Of a stretch of 64,000 nt of DNA, positions 44,427 to 54,547 are shown piece by piece; position 1 is the stretch's first letter; each line of letters begins with the position of its first letter. The position numbers and the translations under genes were made by a program. The DNA is from a virus (taxonomy: Duplodnaviria > Caudoviricetes). The stretch is from IMG/VR virus record IMGVR_UViG_3300029288_000113, positions 1-64,000 of that record, one strand, 5' to 3'. The notes beneath the pieces are model-generated. The model worked only from the letters and a program-made list of their open reading frames with translations, was not told the origin of the DNA and did no database searches.

Positions 44427-45182
44427 ATGGCTGAGAGAAGGTTCACATGGCGCCCGGCTGCATATGATGCAGTGAACAACTGGCGTCTCGGGGTCACTGC
44501 CGATTTGGTGGACATGCCCAAGGTCATGTTTCTCATCAACTCCCTTACCGAAAGACAGGAGAAGGGAGACTGTGTATTCAATGCATTGGTCACCCATCTG
44601 GAATCAATCGGGGTGAATTCGGGCACCGTGCCACCGGTCGACCTGTCCCGCATGTTTGCCTACTACCAGTACCGCAAGCGGTTTGGGGAGGTCAGCGAGG
44701 ACAACGGGGCATCCATCTTCTACGCCCTGAAGGTCCTGTCGGGCACCGGCATCTGTGCCGAGGAGCTGTGGCCCTATGTGGAGGGGAACTATGCCAGGGA
44801 GCCGTCCCCAGAGGCATACAGGGATGCCCTGGCCAGGCCGATTGGGTCATATTGCCAGCTGGTCAACCTGGGGGACATGCTGTCGTGCATAGCCTCCGGG
44901 TTCGGGTTTGTCGGCGGCATATCGGTATATGATTCGTTTGAGTCCGACGTAACCGAGCGCACCGGTGTGGTGTCCATGCCAGGCAAGGGTGACAAATTCC
45001 TGGGAGGCCATGCCATTTATTTCTGTGGGTATGACCTGCACAAGAACGCCATGCAATTCCAGAATTCCTGGGGCCTGGAGTGGGCCAGTGAGAGCAACTA
45101 TCCGGGCCATGGGTGGATTCCATTCGAGTACCTGGCCAACCCGTTCCTGGCCGGCGAATTCTTCACACTGAGGCCGAAATGA
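44427..45182 (+). CDS. Papain-like C1A cysteine peptidase
   Basis: Q..GDCVFNA, LSRMFAYY, GGHAI..CGY, QNSWG. Confidence 0.88.
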   Translation: MAERRFTWRPAAYDAVNNWRLGVTADLVDMPKVMFLINSLTERQEKGDCVFNALVTHLESIGVNSGTVPPVDLSRMFAYYQYRKRFGEVSEDNGASIFYALKVLSGTGICAEELWPYVEGNYAREPSPEAYRDALARPIGSYCQLVNLGDMLSCIASGFGFVGGISVYDSFESDVTERTGVVSMPGKGDKFLGGHAIYFCGYDLHKNAMQFQNSWGLEWASESNYPGHGWIPFEYLANPFLAGEFFTLRPK

Positions 45183-45667
45183 TGCCATATTATCAACCGG
45201 AGCCCCACATCCTGGGGTGGCTGAGGAACTTCATCCTGCCCAACGACGTGATCCTCGATGTCGGGTCCGGTGATGGCCGGCACCGGGACATTGGTGGCAG
45301 GAGGTACATATCCCTGGACTCGTGGCCGGCCGCCCAGCCCGACTACCTCATGGACCTGAATGAGAGGGATCTGCCCAGGGTCAAGGCCAGTGTGGTGCTC
45401 ATGTCCGATGTCCTGGAGCACCTGCCCAGGGATCGGGGCCTGGAGGTGCTTGGGCAGGCCCAGAGGCTGACGAGCAGGGCGGTGGTGGTCCTTACCCCCC
45501 TGGCTTGGGACGAGAACCGCGAGGCATACGATGAGGGGTTCTACCAGGGGAATGAGAACGTGCTGCACAAGAGTCTCTGGGACCTCAGGGACTTCCACCC
45601 GGGGTGGGTCCGGGTCTGGCTGCCCTCAACTCTGGACAACTTCTTCGGGTATTGGATAAAACAGTGA
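45179..45667 (+). CDS. Class I SAM-dependent methyltransferase
   Basis: ILDVGSGDG, DVLEHL, HKSLW. Confidence 0.8.
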   Translation: MMPYYQPEPHILGWLRNFILPNDVILDVGSGDGRHRDIGGRRYISLDSWPAAQPDYLMDLNERDLPRVKASVVLMSDVLEHLPRDRGLEVLGQAQRLTSRAVVVLTPLAWDENREAYDEGFYQGNENVLHKSLWDLRDFHPGWVRVWLPSTLDNFFGYWIKQ

Positions 45668-45781
45668 AATTGAATATCAAGCCTCCTGAATTTGATCTTG
45701 TGGACGAAGGCATTGGATTGCCTATATCTGGATGCTTTGATGCTTTAATTTTTATTATCATCATTTTGGGATTTGTCTATT

Positions 45782-47275
45782 ATGGCTGAAATTAATCTCA
45801 TAGCCCAGGTCTGCATGCACAACGAGGTCCGCAAGGGCAACCTTGACCGGTGCCTGGATAACCTGATCAGGTACTGCGACCGGGTCATCATCTGGGACGA
45901 TGCCTCCGATGACGACAGCGTCAAGGTGGCAGAGGACTATGGCTGCCACGTCATCCGGGGTGAGGTCAATAACCAGATGGAGGAGCTGGCCCACAAGCAG
46001 GCCATGTTGGATGCGGCCCTGTCCATGGGGGCCACACACCTGTTCTGGCTTGATTGCGATGAGGTCCTGGACAGGCCCGGCACCCTGGGCGGTCTCAGGG
46101 ACCTATGCATGAATTGGCCAGACGATCTGGATGCATACAGTTTTCCCCAGGTCAACCTCTGGCGCTCCCAGACCTGGCAGAGGCTCGACTCCCTGTTCAC
46201 CAGGGCTCGGTTCGTCCGGCTCTGGAGGGCCAATCCTGGGATCAGTTTTGATGTGAGGCATGGCGTCCACAAGCGGCTGTACCCGATCACCATAGAGACC
46301 GTCAGGGAGGCACCATTCTCGATCATCCATTATGGATTTTGGGATTACAAGCGCATGCTGACCAAGATTGGTGCCGACCACCTAGATGCCAATGGCATCA
46401 GGTCTTGTGCCGAGTTTGGCCTTGACCGCAAGGGTGCCAATTGGATACTTGATGAACGAGAATGCCGATGCAGGAAGGTCGAGGACCGCGAGTACCCGCC
46501 AGGCACGTTGCCCCCGGACATCTGGGCCGAGCCTGGTCCCAGAAAGATCCAGGAATTGGCGCCACATGCGCAGGTACAGGATGAGCCCGAATTCCCATTG
46601 GTCGACTCCAGGGCAATGGCCTGTTGGGATGGCCTGCACGAGGCCGGCTACCATGGCCAATACTGTGACATCCATGAACGCAACACCAGATATTGGGAGA
46701 AATCACCCAAGGTCTTTGCAGAATTGAGGAGGGCCTGCCTGTTCAGTTTTGATCCCAGGGACAGGGTCATCTACGATGTGGCCTGTGGTGGTGGCTGGTA
46801 TATGCTGGACTGCATCGTCAATGGGGCGGCCAGGGTGATCGGCCTTGAGATGGGCCAGCCATTGGTGTCCATGGCCAGGGCGAGTTTCCGGGAGCTTGGC
46901 GTACCGGATGACAGGTACCAGTTGATCGACCTCTTCGAGAGCCCGAATGGGCCCACCGGGCTGCCCAAGGCGGACATCATCTACTGCCTGGCCATGCTCA
47001 TGCACATACCGTTCTGGCAGGCCTGCCGGTACTTCAGGTGGATGAGGCAGTCGGTGGCCCCGGCCGGTGAGGTCCATCTCCAGTTTTACCGCCAGCCGGG
47101 GTCGACCACCACCATGTTCTGGGATGGGTTCAAGGGCGCCGTCCACGGTGGGGATCATGTGTCCAACATCAGGCTGCACCATGAGCTGGAGAGGGCTGGC
47201 CTCAAGGTGGTTGAGACCCATGTGGCCGATGCACCCCTGCCCGTATGGGAGATGTACAGGTGCGTACCGGTATAA
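45782..47275 (+). CDS. GT2-family glycosyltransferase fused to a methyltransferase
   Basis: DDASDD, LDCDE, IIHYG; C-terminal YDVACGGG. Confidence 0.8.
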   Translation: MAEINLIAQVCMHNEVRKGNLDRCLDNLIRYCDRVIIWDDASDDDSVKVAEDYGCHVIRGEVNNQMEELAHKQAMLDAALSMGATHLFWLDCDEVLDRPGTLGGLRDLCMNWPDDLDAYSFPQVNLWRSQTWQRLDSLFTRARFVRLWRANPGISFDVRHGVHKRLYPITIETVREAPFSIIHYGFWDYKRMLTKIGADHLDANGIRSCAEFGLDRKGANWILDERECRCRKVEDREYPPGTLPPDIWAEPGPRKIQELAPHAQVQDEPEFPLVDSRAMACWDGLHEAGYHGQYCDIHERNTRYWEKSPKVFAELRRACLFSFDPRDRVIYDVACGGGWYMLDCIVNGAARVIGLEMGQPLVSMARASFRELGVPDDRYQLIDLFESPNGPTGLPKADIIYCLAMLMHIPFWQACRYFRWMRQSVAPAGEVHLQFYRQPGSTTTMFWDGFKGAVHGGDHVSNIRLHHELERAGLKVVETHVADAPLPVWEMYRCVPV

Positions 47276-47499
47276 AGAAATTAAAGCCGGTTGAATCAAT
47301 ATCGGAATTTGATGCAGTGGGTGATTTAAATATTAGGACGAGAGGAAGAATCACCCATGGTCAGGCTCTTGGATGGAACAGGGGACATCAAGCAGGTATT
47401 CATAGCGCGTATTTGACACTTAAAGAAGATTATCCAGAAGCAGTAGCAGCTTTGATAGATGCTTGGAATATGGACAAGGATGGTACCATTTCATTATGA
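47245..47499 (+). CDS. Hypothetical protein (AT-richer insert)
   Basis: ORF overlapping both neighbours. Confidence 0.45.
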   Translation: MGDVQVRTGIKKLKPVESISEFDAVGDLNIRTRGRITHGQALGWNRGHQAGIHSAYLTLKEDYPEAVAALIDAWNMDKDGTISL

Positions 47500-48215
47500 C
47501 CAACTGGACCATCGACCAGATCAGGAATCAGTTCCTGGTCATATCCCAGCCCAGGGCCGGCACCCAGATGCTTGAACGGTCGCTGTCCGCGCACCCGGAC
47601 GTGGTCATGAGGACATGGAGCACCAGTCAGGACAATCCTGGATCCATCCTCGACCTGTATGACTTCAGGCCCATGGATGAGCAGGAAAGGCAGAGGCCCT
47701 TCAGGGGCACCATCACCCACTCGTGGGGCGAAGTGTTCACCAAGGATCAGTTTGGCATGGCCCTTGACCAGTATTGGGGAATGGTTGGCCGGTTCTTCCC
47801 AAGGGTGGTCATCCTCACCAGGAGGAACCAGCTCAGGAGGTTCCTGTCATACAAGGTAGCCGAGACCCTGAACCAATGGGGGGTGTATGAGGCCCCGGTT
47901 AGCCATCCCGGCCTTGAATTCGACTTCGACGAGTTCCTGGCCTTCCTGCACGACACCATGGTGTACAGGCAGTCGGTGGCCCGGGTCTTTCCCAATGCAT
48001 TCAGGGTGGAATACGAGGACCTGGTGTGCGACCCCAGCAAATATCAGGAACTCCTGGGCTGGCTGGGGATACCATACAGCAACATGAACGTGACCTCCCA
48101 TACATACCGCCAGGAGTACAGGCAAGCATGGGAGGTCATGTCAAATTGGAATCCGGAACTTGAGACGGCGTTTGGTCATTACGGCATGACATCCTGGCTT
48201 TACGAACTTCCATAG
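47496..48215 (+). CDS. Sulfotransferase (Stf0-like)
   Basis: SQPRAGTQML..L.AHP 5'-PSB loop, LTRRNQL...S 3'-PB, VEYEDL. Confidence 0.75.
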   Translation: MTNWTIDQIRNQFLVISQPRAGTQMLERSLSAHPDVVMRTWSTSQDNPGSILDLYDFRPMDEQERQRPFRGTITHSWGEVFTKDQFGMALDQYWGMVGRFFPRVVILTRRNQLRRFLSYKVAETLNQWGVYEAPVSHPGLEFDFDEFLAFLHDTMVYRQSVARVFPNAFRVEYEDLVCDPSKYQELLGWLGIPYSNMNVTSHTYRQEYRQAWEVMSNWNPELETAFGHYGMTSWLYELP

Positions 48216-48225
48216 GGGATCAGGC

Positions 48226-48864
48226 ATGGATCATGGTGATTGGCACAAGTGGTGGGAGGAACAGGCCCCAGGGTATTTTACGGACAAGTGCTGGCGGTTC
48301 AGCCAACAGGACCTCATTGACAGGTTGGCCATCCAGCCCCACCACTGCGTTCTGGAGATAGGCTTCGGGTATGGCCGTGAATTGAGCCAGTTCTGCAAGC
48401 TGTCGACCAATGTGTATGGCCTGGAGCTGACCGACTGGGCCTGCGAGAACACCCTCATCGAGCTCCAGGGCCGTGGGGTCACCCCCTTGCCCAGGCTGAG
48501 GTCCTATGACGGCCGGTCAATCCCGTTCCCATCCGGGGCCTTCAATGTCATCTATTCGTGCTTTGTGGTCCAGCACATGGCCAGGCAGCACGTGGTTGAC
48601 CTGATTGAGAAGACGCTCCAGGCGCTCTGCCATGATGGCCTGGGCCTGTTTGAGTTCTTCGGGGACCCCCAGTATCAGTCCGATGATGGCAGTGATGTGT
48701 TCTCCGGGGTGGATGGCGAAGGGGGCATGTTCAATAATGCCTATAACAGGCTGGAGGTGGTGGGTCTGATGGAGCGGGCCGGCGCCGACCTCAAGTGGCT
48801 GGAGACCAGGAGCATCACCAAGGAGTGGGGCAACCATTGGGCCTGCTTTGGGAGGAAAGTGTGA
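48226..48864 (+). CDS. Class I SAM-dependent methyltransferase
   Basis: VLEIGFGYGR, FVVQHM. Confidence 0.85.
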   Translation: MDHGDWHKWWEEQAPGYFTDKCWRFSQQDLIDRLAIQPHHCVLEIGFGYGRELSQFCKLSTNVYGLELTDWACENTLIELQGRGVTPLPRLRSYDGRSIPFPSGAFNVIYSCFVVQHMARQHVVDLIEKTLQALCHDGLGLFEFFGDPQYQSDDGSDVFSGVDGEGGMFNNAYNRLEVVGLMERAGADLKWLETRSITKEWGNHWACFGRKV

Positions 48865-49562
48865 AATCCAATCTCTTCATCGCCGAATATTTCCAGTACC
48901 AGGGCTGCATGAACATTGAGCAGGGGGTCAATCTCTGGCATCTGCTTAACCAGGTGCTTGTGGCCGGCGTCCCGGGTGACGTGGTGGAGCTGGGCAGCCT
49001 CACAGGCATGACCGCAGCGGTCATTCAGCGGACCCTGGAGGATTTCGGGTCAAGCAAGGGATTGCACCTGTATGACAGCTTCGAGGGCCTGCCCATTCCC
49101 ACATCAGAGGATGGCAATTGTCCGTTGATACCGGGCAACTTCAAGGTTTCCATGGAGCACACGGTCAAGAGGTTCAATGACCTTGGCCTGGGCCTGCCCA
49201 ACATAGTCGCTGGTTGGTTTACGGATACGTTGCCCTGGGCCCTTCCTGAACAGATTGCATTTGCACATCTGGATGGGGACCTGTATGGGTCGACACTGGT
49301 GAGCATGCAGGAGGTCTACCCCAGGCTGTCACCCGGTGCCGTGGTCCTGGTCGACGATTATGCGGACACCGGCCTGTGTAGCGAGATCGTCAAGGCGTAT
49401 GGGGACAATATCTACTGGAAGAACATGGGCAGGAGGTGCCAGGCATCCAACTGGCTGCCCGGGGTCCAAAAGGCCTGCGAGGAATTTCTTGCGGACAAGC
49501 CGGAGGAAATGACCGTGCTGATTGCCGGCGATGAGCGGCACGCATTCTTCAGGAAGGTGTGA
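48861..49562 (+). CDS. TylF/MycF/NovP-family sugar O-methyltransferase
   Basis: PGDVVELG, YDSFEGLP, GWFTDTLP, HLDGDLYGST, VDDY. Confidence 0.9.
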   Translation: MKSNLFIAEYFQYQGCMNIEQGVNLWHLLNQVLVAGVPGDVVELGSLTGMTAAVIQRTLEDFGSSKGLHLYDSFEGLPIPTSEDGNCPLIPGNFKVSMEHTVKRFNDLGLGLPNIVAGWFTDTLPWALPEQIAFAHLDGDLYGSTLVSMQEVYPRLSPGAVVLVDDYADTGLCSEIVKAYGDNIYWKNMGRRCQASNWLPGVQKACEEFLADKPEEMTVLIAGDERHAFFRKV

Positions 49563-50629
49563 TCATGATCAGGGATGAGTACAGCCTGTACAAACTGGTG
49601 CATCATGGACGGATTCTGAGCCGGATGAGGTCTGGTCTTCTGCCCCCTCCCATCCAGGCCCATGTCATCCCGACCAACCGCTGCAATCAGGACTGCGCCA
49701 TCTGTGCATACCGCAGGGATGGGTTTCAGAGCAACCAGAACTTCAATGCCCATGACCAGATGACAACTGCCCAATTGATGGGCTTGGTGGCCGACCTGGC
49801 CGCACTTGGGAACCAGGCCGTGCAGTTCACGGGCGGCGGGGAGCCCCTGCTGCATCCAGACATCTGCCAAACGGTCGAGAGCTCAATGGCCCTGGGCATG
49901 TCCGTGGCGATGGTCACTAATGGGGTCCTGTTGGGTGACCGGCAAAGGAAGACCTTGTCCGAGGCCTCATGGATAAGGGTGTCACTCGATGCGGCAACCC
50001 CTGAGGCATATTCCAGGGTCAAGAACAGCCCCAAGACCTTGTTCACCACCGTATGTCGCAACATCGAGTCCATGGCCAAGGCCAAGTCCAAGGGGACCAT
50101 CCTTGGTGTCGGGTTTGTGGTCCAGGAGTATAACTGGAGGGAGATCATCGACGCGACTGAACTGGCCAGGGAATTAGGGGCGGACAACATCAGGATTTCT
50201 GCCGCCTTCACACCTTGGGGGTCAGGTTATTTCGATGCATTTGTCCAGCTGGCCAGGGAGCAGTCATCGATGGCCAGTGCCTGCACCCGGGGTGACTTTA
50301 CGGTGTTCAATCTGTTTAATGAGCGCCTTGATGAATTGTTCATGGGCCGGCAGGATTACCCATATTGCCACTCCAAGGACCTGGTGCCGTATATTGGGGC
50401 GGACATGAATGTGTATTCCTGTTGTGTCAAGGCATATACGGATCATGGCCTCATGGGCAACATCGCCAAGACTGGGCTTGCGGAGTTTTGGGCCAGTGAT
50501 CAGCGCATGGACAGGTATTCCGGGCACGACCCCCGGATGGATTGCCCCCACCCATGCATGTTTGAGCACAAGAACAAATTCATCAACTATTGTGTCAAGT
50601 CGAGGCCCCGTCACATGGAGTTCATATAG
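49559..50629 (+). CDS. Radical SAM / SPASM-domain protein
   Basis: CNQDCAIC, TGGGEP, VSLDA; C-terminal C..VYSCC..GNI..C..C. Confidence 0.9.
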   Translation: MIMIRDEYSLYKLVHHGRILSRMRSGLLPPPIQAHVIPTNRCNQDCAICAYRRDGFQSNQNFNAHDQMTTAQLMGLVADLAALGNQAVQFTGGGEPLLHPDICQTVESSMALGMSVAMVTNGVLLGDRQRKTLSEASWIRVSLDAATPEAYSRVKNSPKTLFTTVCRNIESMAKAKSKGTILGVGFVVQEYNWREIIDATELARELGADNIRISAAFTPWGSGYFDAFVQLAREQSSMASACTRGDFTVFNLFNERLDELFMGRQDYPYCHSKDLVPYIGADMNVYSCCVKAYTDHGLMGNIAKTGLAEFWASDQRMDRYSGHDPRMDCPHPCMFEHKNKFINYCVKSRPRHMEFI

Positions 50630-50631
50630 AG

Positions 50632-52944
50632 ATGAAGGCCACCATCCCTAAAATTCTTCATCTATATTGGGGCAAGGACAAGCCGCTGAGCTGGCTCAGG
50701 TGGATGACAATCAGGACGTTCTCCATGCTCAACCCTGATTGGCAGATCATATTGTGGTATCCCAGGAGCCCCGGCCGGACCCCCAAGTGGCCCACCAGGG
50801 AGCACTCGCATTATTCATGGTCGGGTGAGGATTGGTTCAGGAAGGCATCAGAGGCCGGCCCCAATGTCGAGACCAGGGTCGCCCCGATTGATGACTTCCC
50901 ATTGATGACGGAGGTCCACCGTTCGGATCTGCTCAGGTGGCGCCTGCTTCACACCATGGGCGGGTTTTGGTCCGACATCGACATTGTCTTTTTCCGACCC
51001 ATGGAGACTGCCGGCCTGGACATGACCGCCGACGCACTGCTTTGTTGGGGTGAGACCGACGAGCTGGCCCATTGGCAGGCCATAGGGTTCCTGGCGGGCA
51101 AGCCTGGCAACAGCCTGTTCAAGGCCATGGAGGCAGCCGGCCTGGGCCTGTCAAGGCTGCCGTCATTGGGATACCAGGAGATTGGCACGGAATTGCTGAT
51201 CAGATTTGCCCCGGCCCGGGCCACTGATTCAATGGGCACTCGGATTGGGCAGATTCCGCAACACGTAGTCTATCCATTCAAGTCGGTCAGGTCGCAGCAG
51301 GCGGCCCTGTGGGGTAACCACCGGCTCATGGATCTCAGGGAGACCACATGTGGCATCCATTGGTTTGCGGCCCAGCCCCGGTCATGCCTCAAGGAGGCCT
51401 TGTGGACCGGCACCAGGAATGTGGAATCTGATCTTGGCCTTGGTGGGGTCAAGTGGGCCATGGCCCAGCTCGGCCTGGTTGCTGCCCAGGATGACGGGAT
51501 CAAGTACAGCATCATCATGCCCTACATAAATCGACCAGTGCTGCTTCACAACACCCTGTTGAGCTATCATCATTGGTACTCGGGCAGGAAGGATTGGGAG
51601 GCCGTGATCATCAGGGATTCCAAGTGCGACAACCCTGGCGATGCCCAATCGGTTGTGGATCATTGGATCGGCATGGGTCTGAACATTAATATGCTTGACT
51701 TCGATGGCTCGGGCATCTACAGCCCAGCCCCATTGTTCAATTTTGCCGCCGAGAATGCCTCCGGCGAGTTCATCGTGTTGACCAATCCCGAGCAGTTCCA
51801 TAACAGTGACATCCTGGCCGGCATGGACCAGGAGTTCAAGCGGGGCCAGGATCAATATGTGGTCTGCGCTTGCATCAGTATGCCGCAGAGGCCACTGCAG
51901 GCCAGAAGGATGAGGAAGTTTACCCCACTCAAGGAAAAGGGAGAACGCTGGGTCCAGCACAGTGTCCACCGGCCTATGCTGTACCATTTTTGTTCCGCCC
52001 TGAGCAAGGACAATTATTTTAAGTGCGGCGGGTTTGCCCCTGAGTTTGGCCCGGGCTTCTGTTTTGATGATGATGATTTCCGGGAGTCGGTCAGGGAGCT
52101 GGGCATTCCCATTGTCCAACGGGATGACCTGATCACGGCCCACCAGTGGCATCCATCATGCAATGTACCTGGCCGCATGGAAAAGTGGCATAGGAACAAG
52201 GCCTTGTATGAGTCCCGGCATGGCAGGTACATAACCATGGATGAGCCGCTGGCTGACCAGGAACCAACAGTGCAGGAGCCTAGGCCTGCAACAAGACCGG
52301 GCAAGACCGCCATCGTGTTTGCCTGTGTCCTCAAGTCTGGAGGCGCATTCACACCAGATTATGTGTCCAGGTTGGTGTCGGCAGTGGAAAGAAACACCAC
52401 CGTGCCCCATGATTTCGTCTGCCTGACGGACATGTCGATCAAGGGCTGCCGGGCAATCAGGCTGGTGGATAACCTCCCTGGCTGGTGGTCCAAGCTGGAG
52501 TTGTTCAGGCCCGGACTCTTTCCGGATGGCATTCCGGTGGTGTACTTCGACCTTGATACCCTCATCCTGGGCAACATCGATGGCCTGGCCTTGCTCACCG
52601 AGGGATTCCATGCCCTGAGGCCCTGGAATCCAGTGAACAGGAGCATGGGCTATTGTGGGAGTGGCTTCATGGTCTGGACTGGTGGGCAATTTGAATTCAT
52701 CCATAACAGGTTCGTCAGGTCGATGACCCCCACATTCAGGGGTGGCGACCAGGAATACATATCAAGGTCATTGGCCGCGGCTGGGATGAACTGGAGATCG
52801 CTTCAGGACAGCGTCGGTGGCATTTATTCTTACAAGCGGCAGTGCCGCAGTGGCCCACCACCCGGGGCCAGGATCGTGTGCTTCCATGGCCGGCCTCGCA
52901 TACATGAGTGCCAGGATCAGTGGGTGAGGGAGGCATGGAATTGA
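50632..52944 (+). CDS. Tri-domain glycosyltransferase (GT32/DXD + GT2 + GT8-like)
   Basis: IPKILHLYW..SDLLR..GGFWSDID; YSIIMPY..HQWH; WWSKLELF..YFDLD..GDQEYI..FHGRPR. Confidence 0.85.
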   Translation: MKATIPKILHLYWGKDKPLSWLRWMTIRTFSMLNPDWQIILWYPRSPGRTPKWPTREHSHYSWSGEDWFRKASEAGPNVETRVAPIDDFPLMTEVHRSDLLRWRLLHTMGGFWSDIDIVFFRPMETAGLDMTADALLCWGETDELAHWQAIGFLAGKPGNSLFKAMEAAGLGLSRLPSLGYQEIGTELLIRFAPARATDSMGTRIGQIPQHVVYPFKSVRSQQAALWGNHRLMDLRETTCGIHWFAAQPRSCLKEALWTGTRNVESDLGLGGVKWAMAQLGLVAAQDDGIKYSIIMPYINRPVLLHNTLLSYHHWYSGRKDWEAVIIRDSKCDNPGDAQSVVDHWIGMGLNINMLDFDGSGIYSPAPLFNFAAENASGEFIVLTNPEQFHNSDILAGMDQEFKRGQDQYVVCACISMPQRPLQARRMRKFTPLKEKGERWVQHSVHRPMLYHFCSALSKDNYFKCGGFAPEFGPGFCFDDDDFRESVRELGIPIVQRDDLITAHQWHPSCNVPGRMEKWHRNKALYESRHGRYITMDEPLADQEPTVQEPRPATRPGKTAIVFACVLKSGGAFTPDYVSRLVSAVERNTTVPHDFVCLTDMSIKGCRAIRLVDNLPGWWSKLELFRPGLFPDGIPVVYFDLDTLILGNIDGLALLTEGFHALRPWNPVNRSMGYCGSGFMVWTGGQFEFIHNRFVRSMTPTFRGGDQEYISRSLAAAGMNWRSLQDSVGGIYSYKRQCRSGPPPGARIVCFHGRPRIHECQDQWVREAWN

Positions 52945-53123
52945 ACCAGGACCAAATTGAGATCATAAAATACAGGGCGCCTTGTGACATCAAGGGCTGC
53001 AGTGGACACAGCACAAGTGATTTTGGAGCCATAAGGCTCAAGGGTGATGGCAAGGAGTTTGTCATCTGCAATAAGTGTCTGAAGGAAACAACCATGCTCT
53101 TGATGATGAACGAAGGGGTCTAA
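52935..53123 (+). CDS. Small Zn-ribbon protein
   Basis: CDIKGC...ICNKC. Confidence 0.5.
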   Translation: MELNQDQIEIIKYRAPCDIKGCSGHSTSDFGAIRLKGDGKEFVICNKCLKETTMLLMMNEGV

Positions 53124-53126
53124 AAA

Positions 53127-53840
53127 ATGGAACAAAGAACCCCATCTCCAATCTTGATCACCGGGGCCGCCAGGTCTGGAACCAGCATGGTCGCCGGGTC
53201 TGTCAACATCTGCGGGGCATTTGGAGGCATCATGTCCGGCCCCAATAGGAACAACCAGAAAGGCATGTTCGAGAATCACAGGGTCAGGGAGAACATCACC
53301 AAACCGTACCTGAGGGGCATTGGTGTTGATCCCCTGGGGCAATATCCCCTTCCTGACATTGGCAGCCTGCCGATCCCAAACGACTGGCAGGCCAGGATCG
53401 AGGAGGTCATGAGGGATGAGGGATATCGGTCGGGCCCATGGATGTACAAGGGTGCCAAGATGTGCCTGTTTTGGCCTGTGTGGCACCATGCGTTCCCGAA
53501 TGCCAAGTGGATCATTGTCAGGAGGCACAGGCGGGACATTGTTGATTCATGCCTCAAGACCGGGTTCATGAAGGCATTCAGAAATCAGCAAGTGCAGAGG
53601 GCCGTTGGGGCTGCCGACGAGCGCCATGGTTGGGCCTGGTGGGTTGAGCAGCACCTGGCCAGGTTCAGGGAGATGCAGGATGCAGGCCTCAACATCAAGG
53701 TCGTTTGGCCGGAACGCATGGTCCAGGGGGACTACACCCAATTGTATGAGACCATTGACTGGTTGGGCCTGACCTGGGACAGCAGGGTGCTTGAGTTCGT
53801 GGATCCAAAACTTTGGAAGGCCAGAAAGGCGGCCAATTGA
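53127..53840 (+). CDS. Sulfotransferase family protein
   Basis: ILITGAARSGTS, KGMFEN, WIIVRR...S. Confidence 0.8.
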   Translation: MEQRTPSPILITGAARSGTSMVAGSVNICGAFGGIMSGPNRNNQKGMFENHRVRENITKPYLRGIGVDPLGQYPLPDIGSLPIPNDWQARIEEVMRDEGYRSGPWMYKGAKMCLFWPVWHHAFPNAKWIIVRRHRRDIVDSCLKTGFMKAFRNQQVQRAVGAADERHGWAWWVEQHLARFREMQDAGLNIKVVWPERMVQGDYTQLYETIDWLGLTWDSRVLEFVDPKLWKARKAAN

Positions 53841-53861
53841 TGGCCGCTGGGGAGGTTTGAA

Positions 53862-54389
53862 ATGGCTGAGCAATTGCTTTATCGTTCTGGTGATGTTCCG
53901 GTCGTCCTGACCTGTCTGACCACCGACCCGGAGCCCACGGGGTATGCCTATGGCTCCAAATTGTTCAAGATCAATGTGGCCGATCTTGTCGGGACATGGT
54001 ACCAGTACACCCCATCTGGCTGGATTCGGGAATCTGAGGGCGCCCCGTCGGAGGTTGCCAAGTCATTTGCCTTTGGTGCGGCAGAGCTGTCCAAGACTTC
54101 GGTCCTGGGCATTGCCGGCCTCATGGCCAATCTCCAGGTCACCGTGCCCAATTGGGCCAATGACGTTCAGTGCACCCCGTCCCTGCAGAATGCCTCGGGT
54201 GTGACCCTGTGGACCGGGCCCGCCTTGGCCAGGGGTGCCAGCTATAACATTGACTCTGGTTTGGCCCAATCTGGTTATTGGTCCAATCAGCTCATCAAAT
54301 CCACCTATCTCTTGGTGATGACCCTTTCCAATGTGGCTGGCGGGGCCGGTGGCACGGTCACGGCGATAGCCAGGGTGGTTGGGAGTTAG
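53862..54389 (+). CDS. Hypothetical virion protein
   Basis: Gly/Ala/Thr-rich; GGAGGT RBS. Confidence 0.55.
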   Translation: MAEQLLYRSGDVPVVLTCLTTDPEPTGYAYGSKLFKINVADLVGTWYQYTPSGWIRESEGAPSEVAKSFAFGAAELSKTSVLGIAGLMANLQVTVPNWANDVQCTPSLQNASGVTLWTGPALARGASYNIDSGLAQSGYWSNQLIKSTYLLVMTLSNVAGGAGGTVTAIARVVGS

Positions 54390-54391
54390 AC

Positions 54392-54544
54392 ATGAAACAT
54401 ATCAGGCGGCTCATACTGCGGATACTTTTGGAGACAAGGCGGAGAATAACTATCGACACTTCACCCCGGCTGCTCATAGACGACTCCCATTACCTGCTGA
54501 TAGATGATGCGGGGCACAAACTACTGTTGCAAGCGGAGGATTAA
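54392..54544 (+). CDS. Small protein with LLIDD repeats
   Basis: RLLIDDSHYLLIDDAGHKLLLQ. Confidence 0.45.
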   Translation: MKHIRRLILRILLETRRRITIDTSPRLLIDDSHYLLIDDAGHKLLLQAED

Positions 54545-54547
54545 AAG

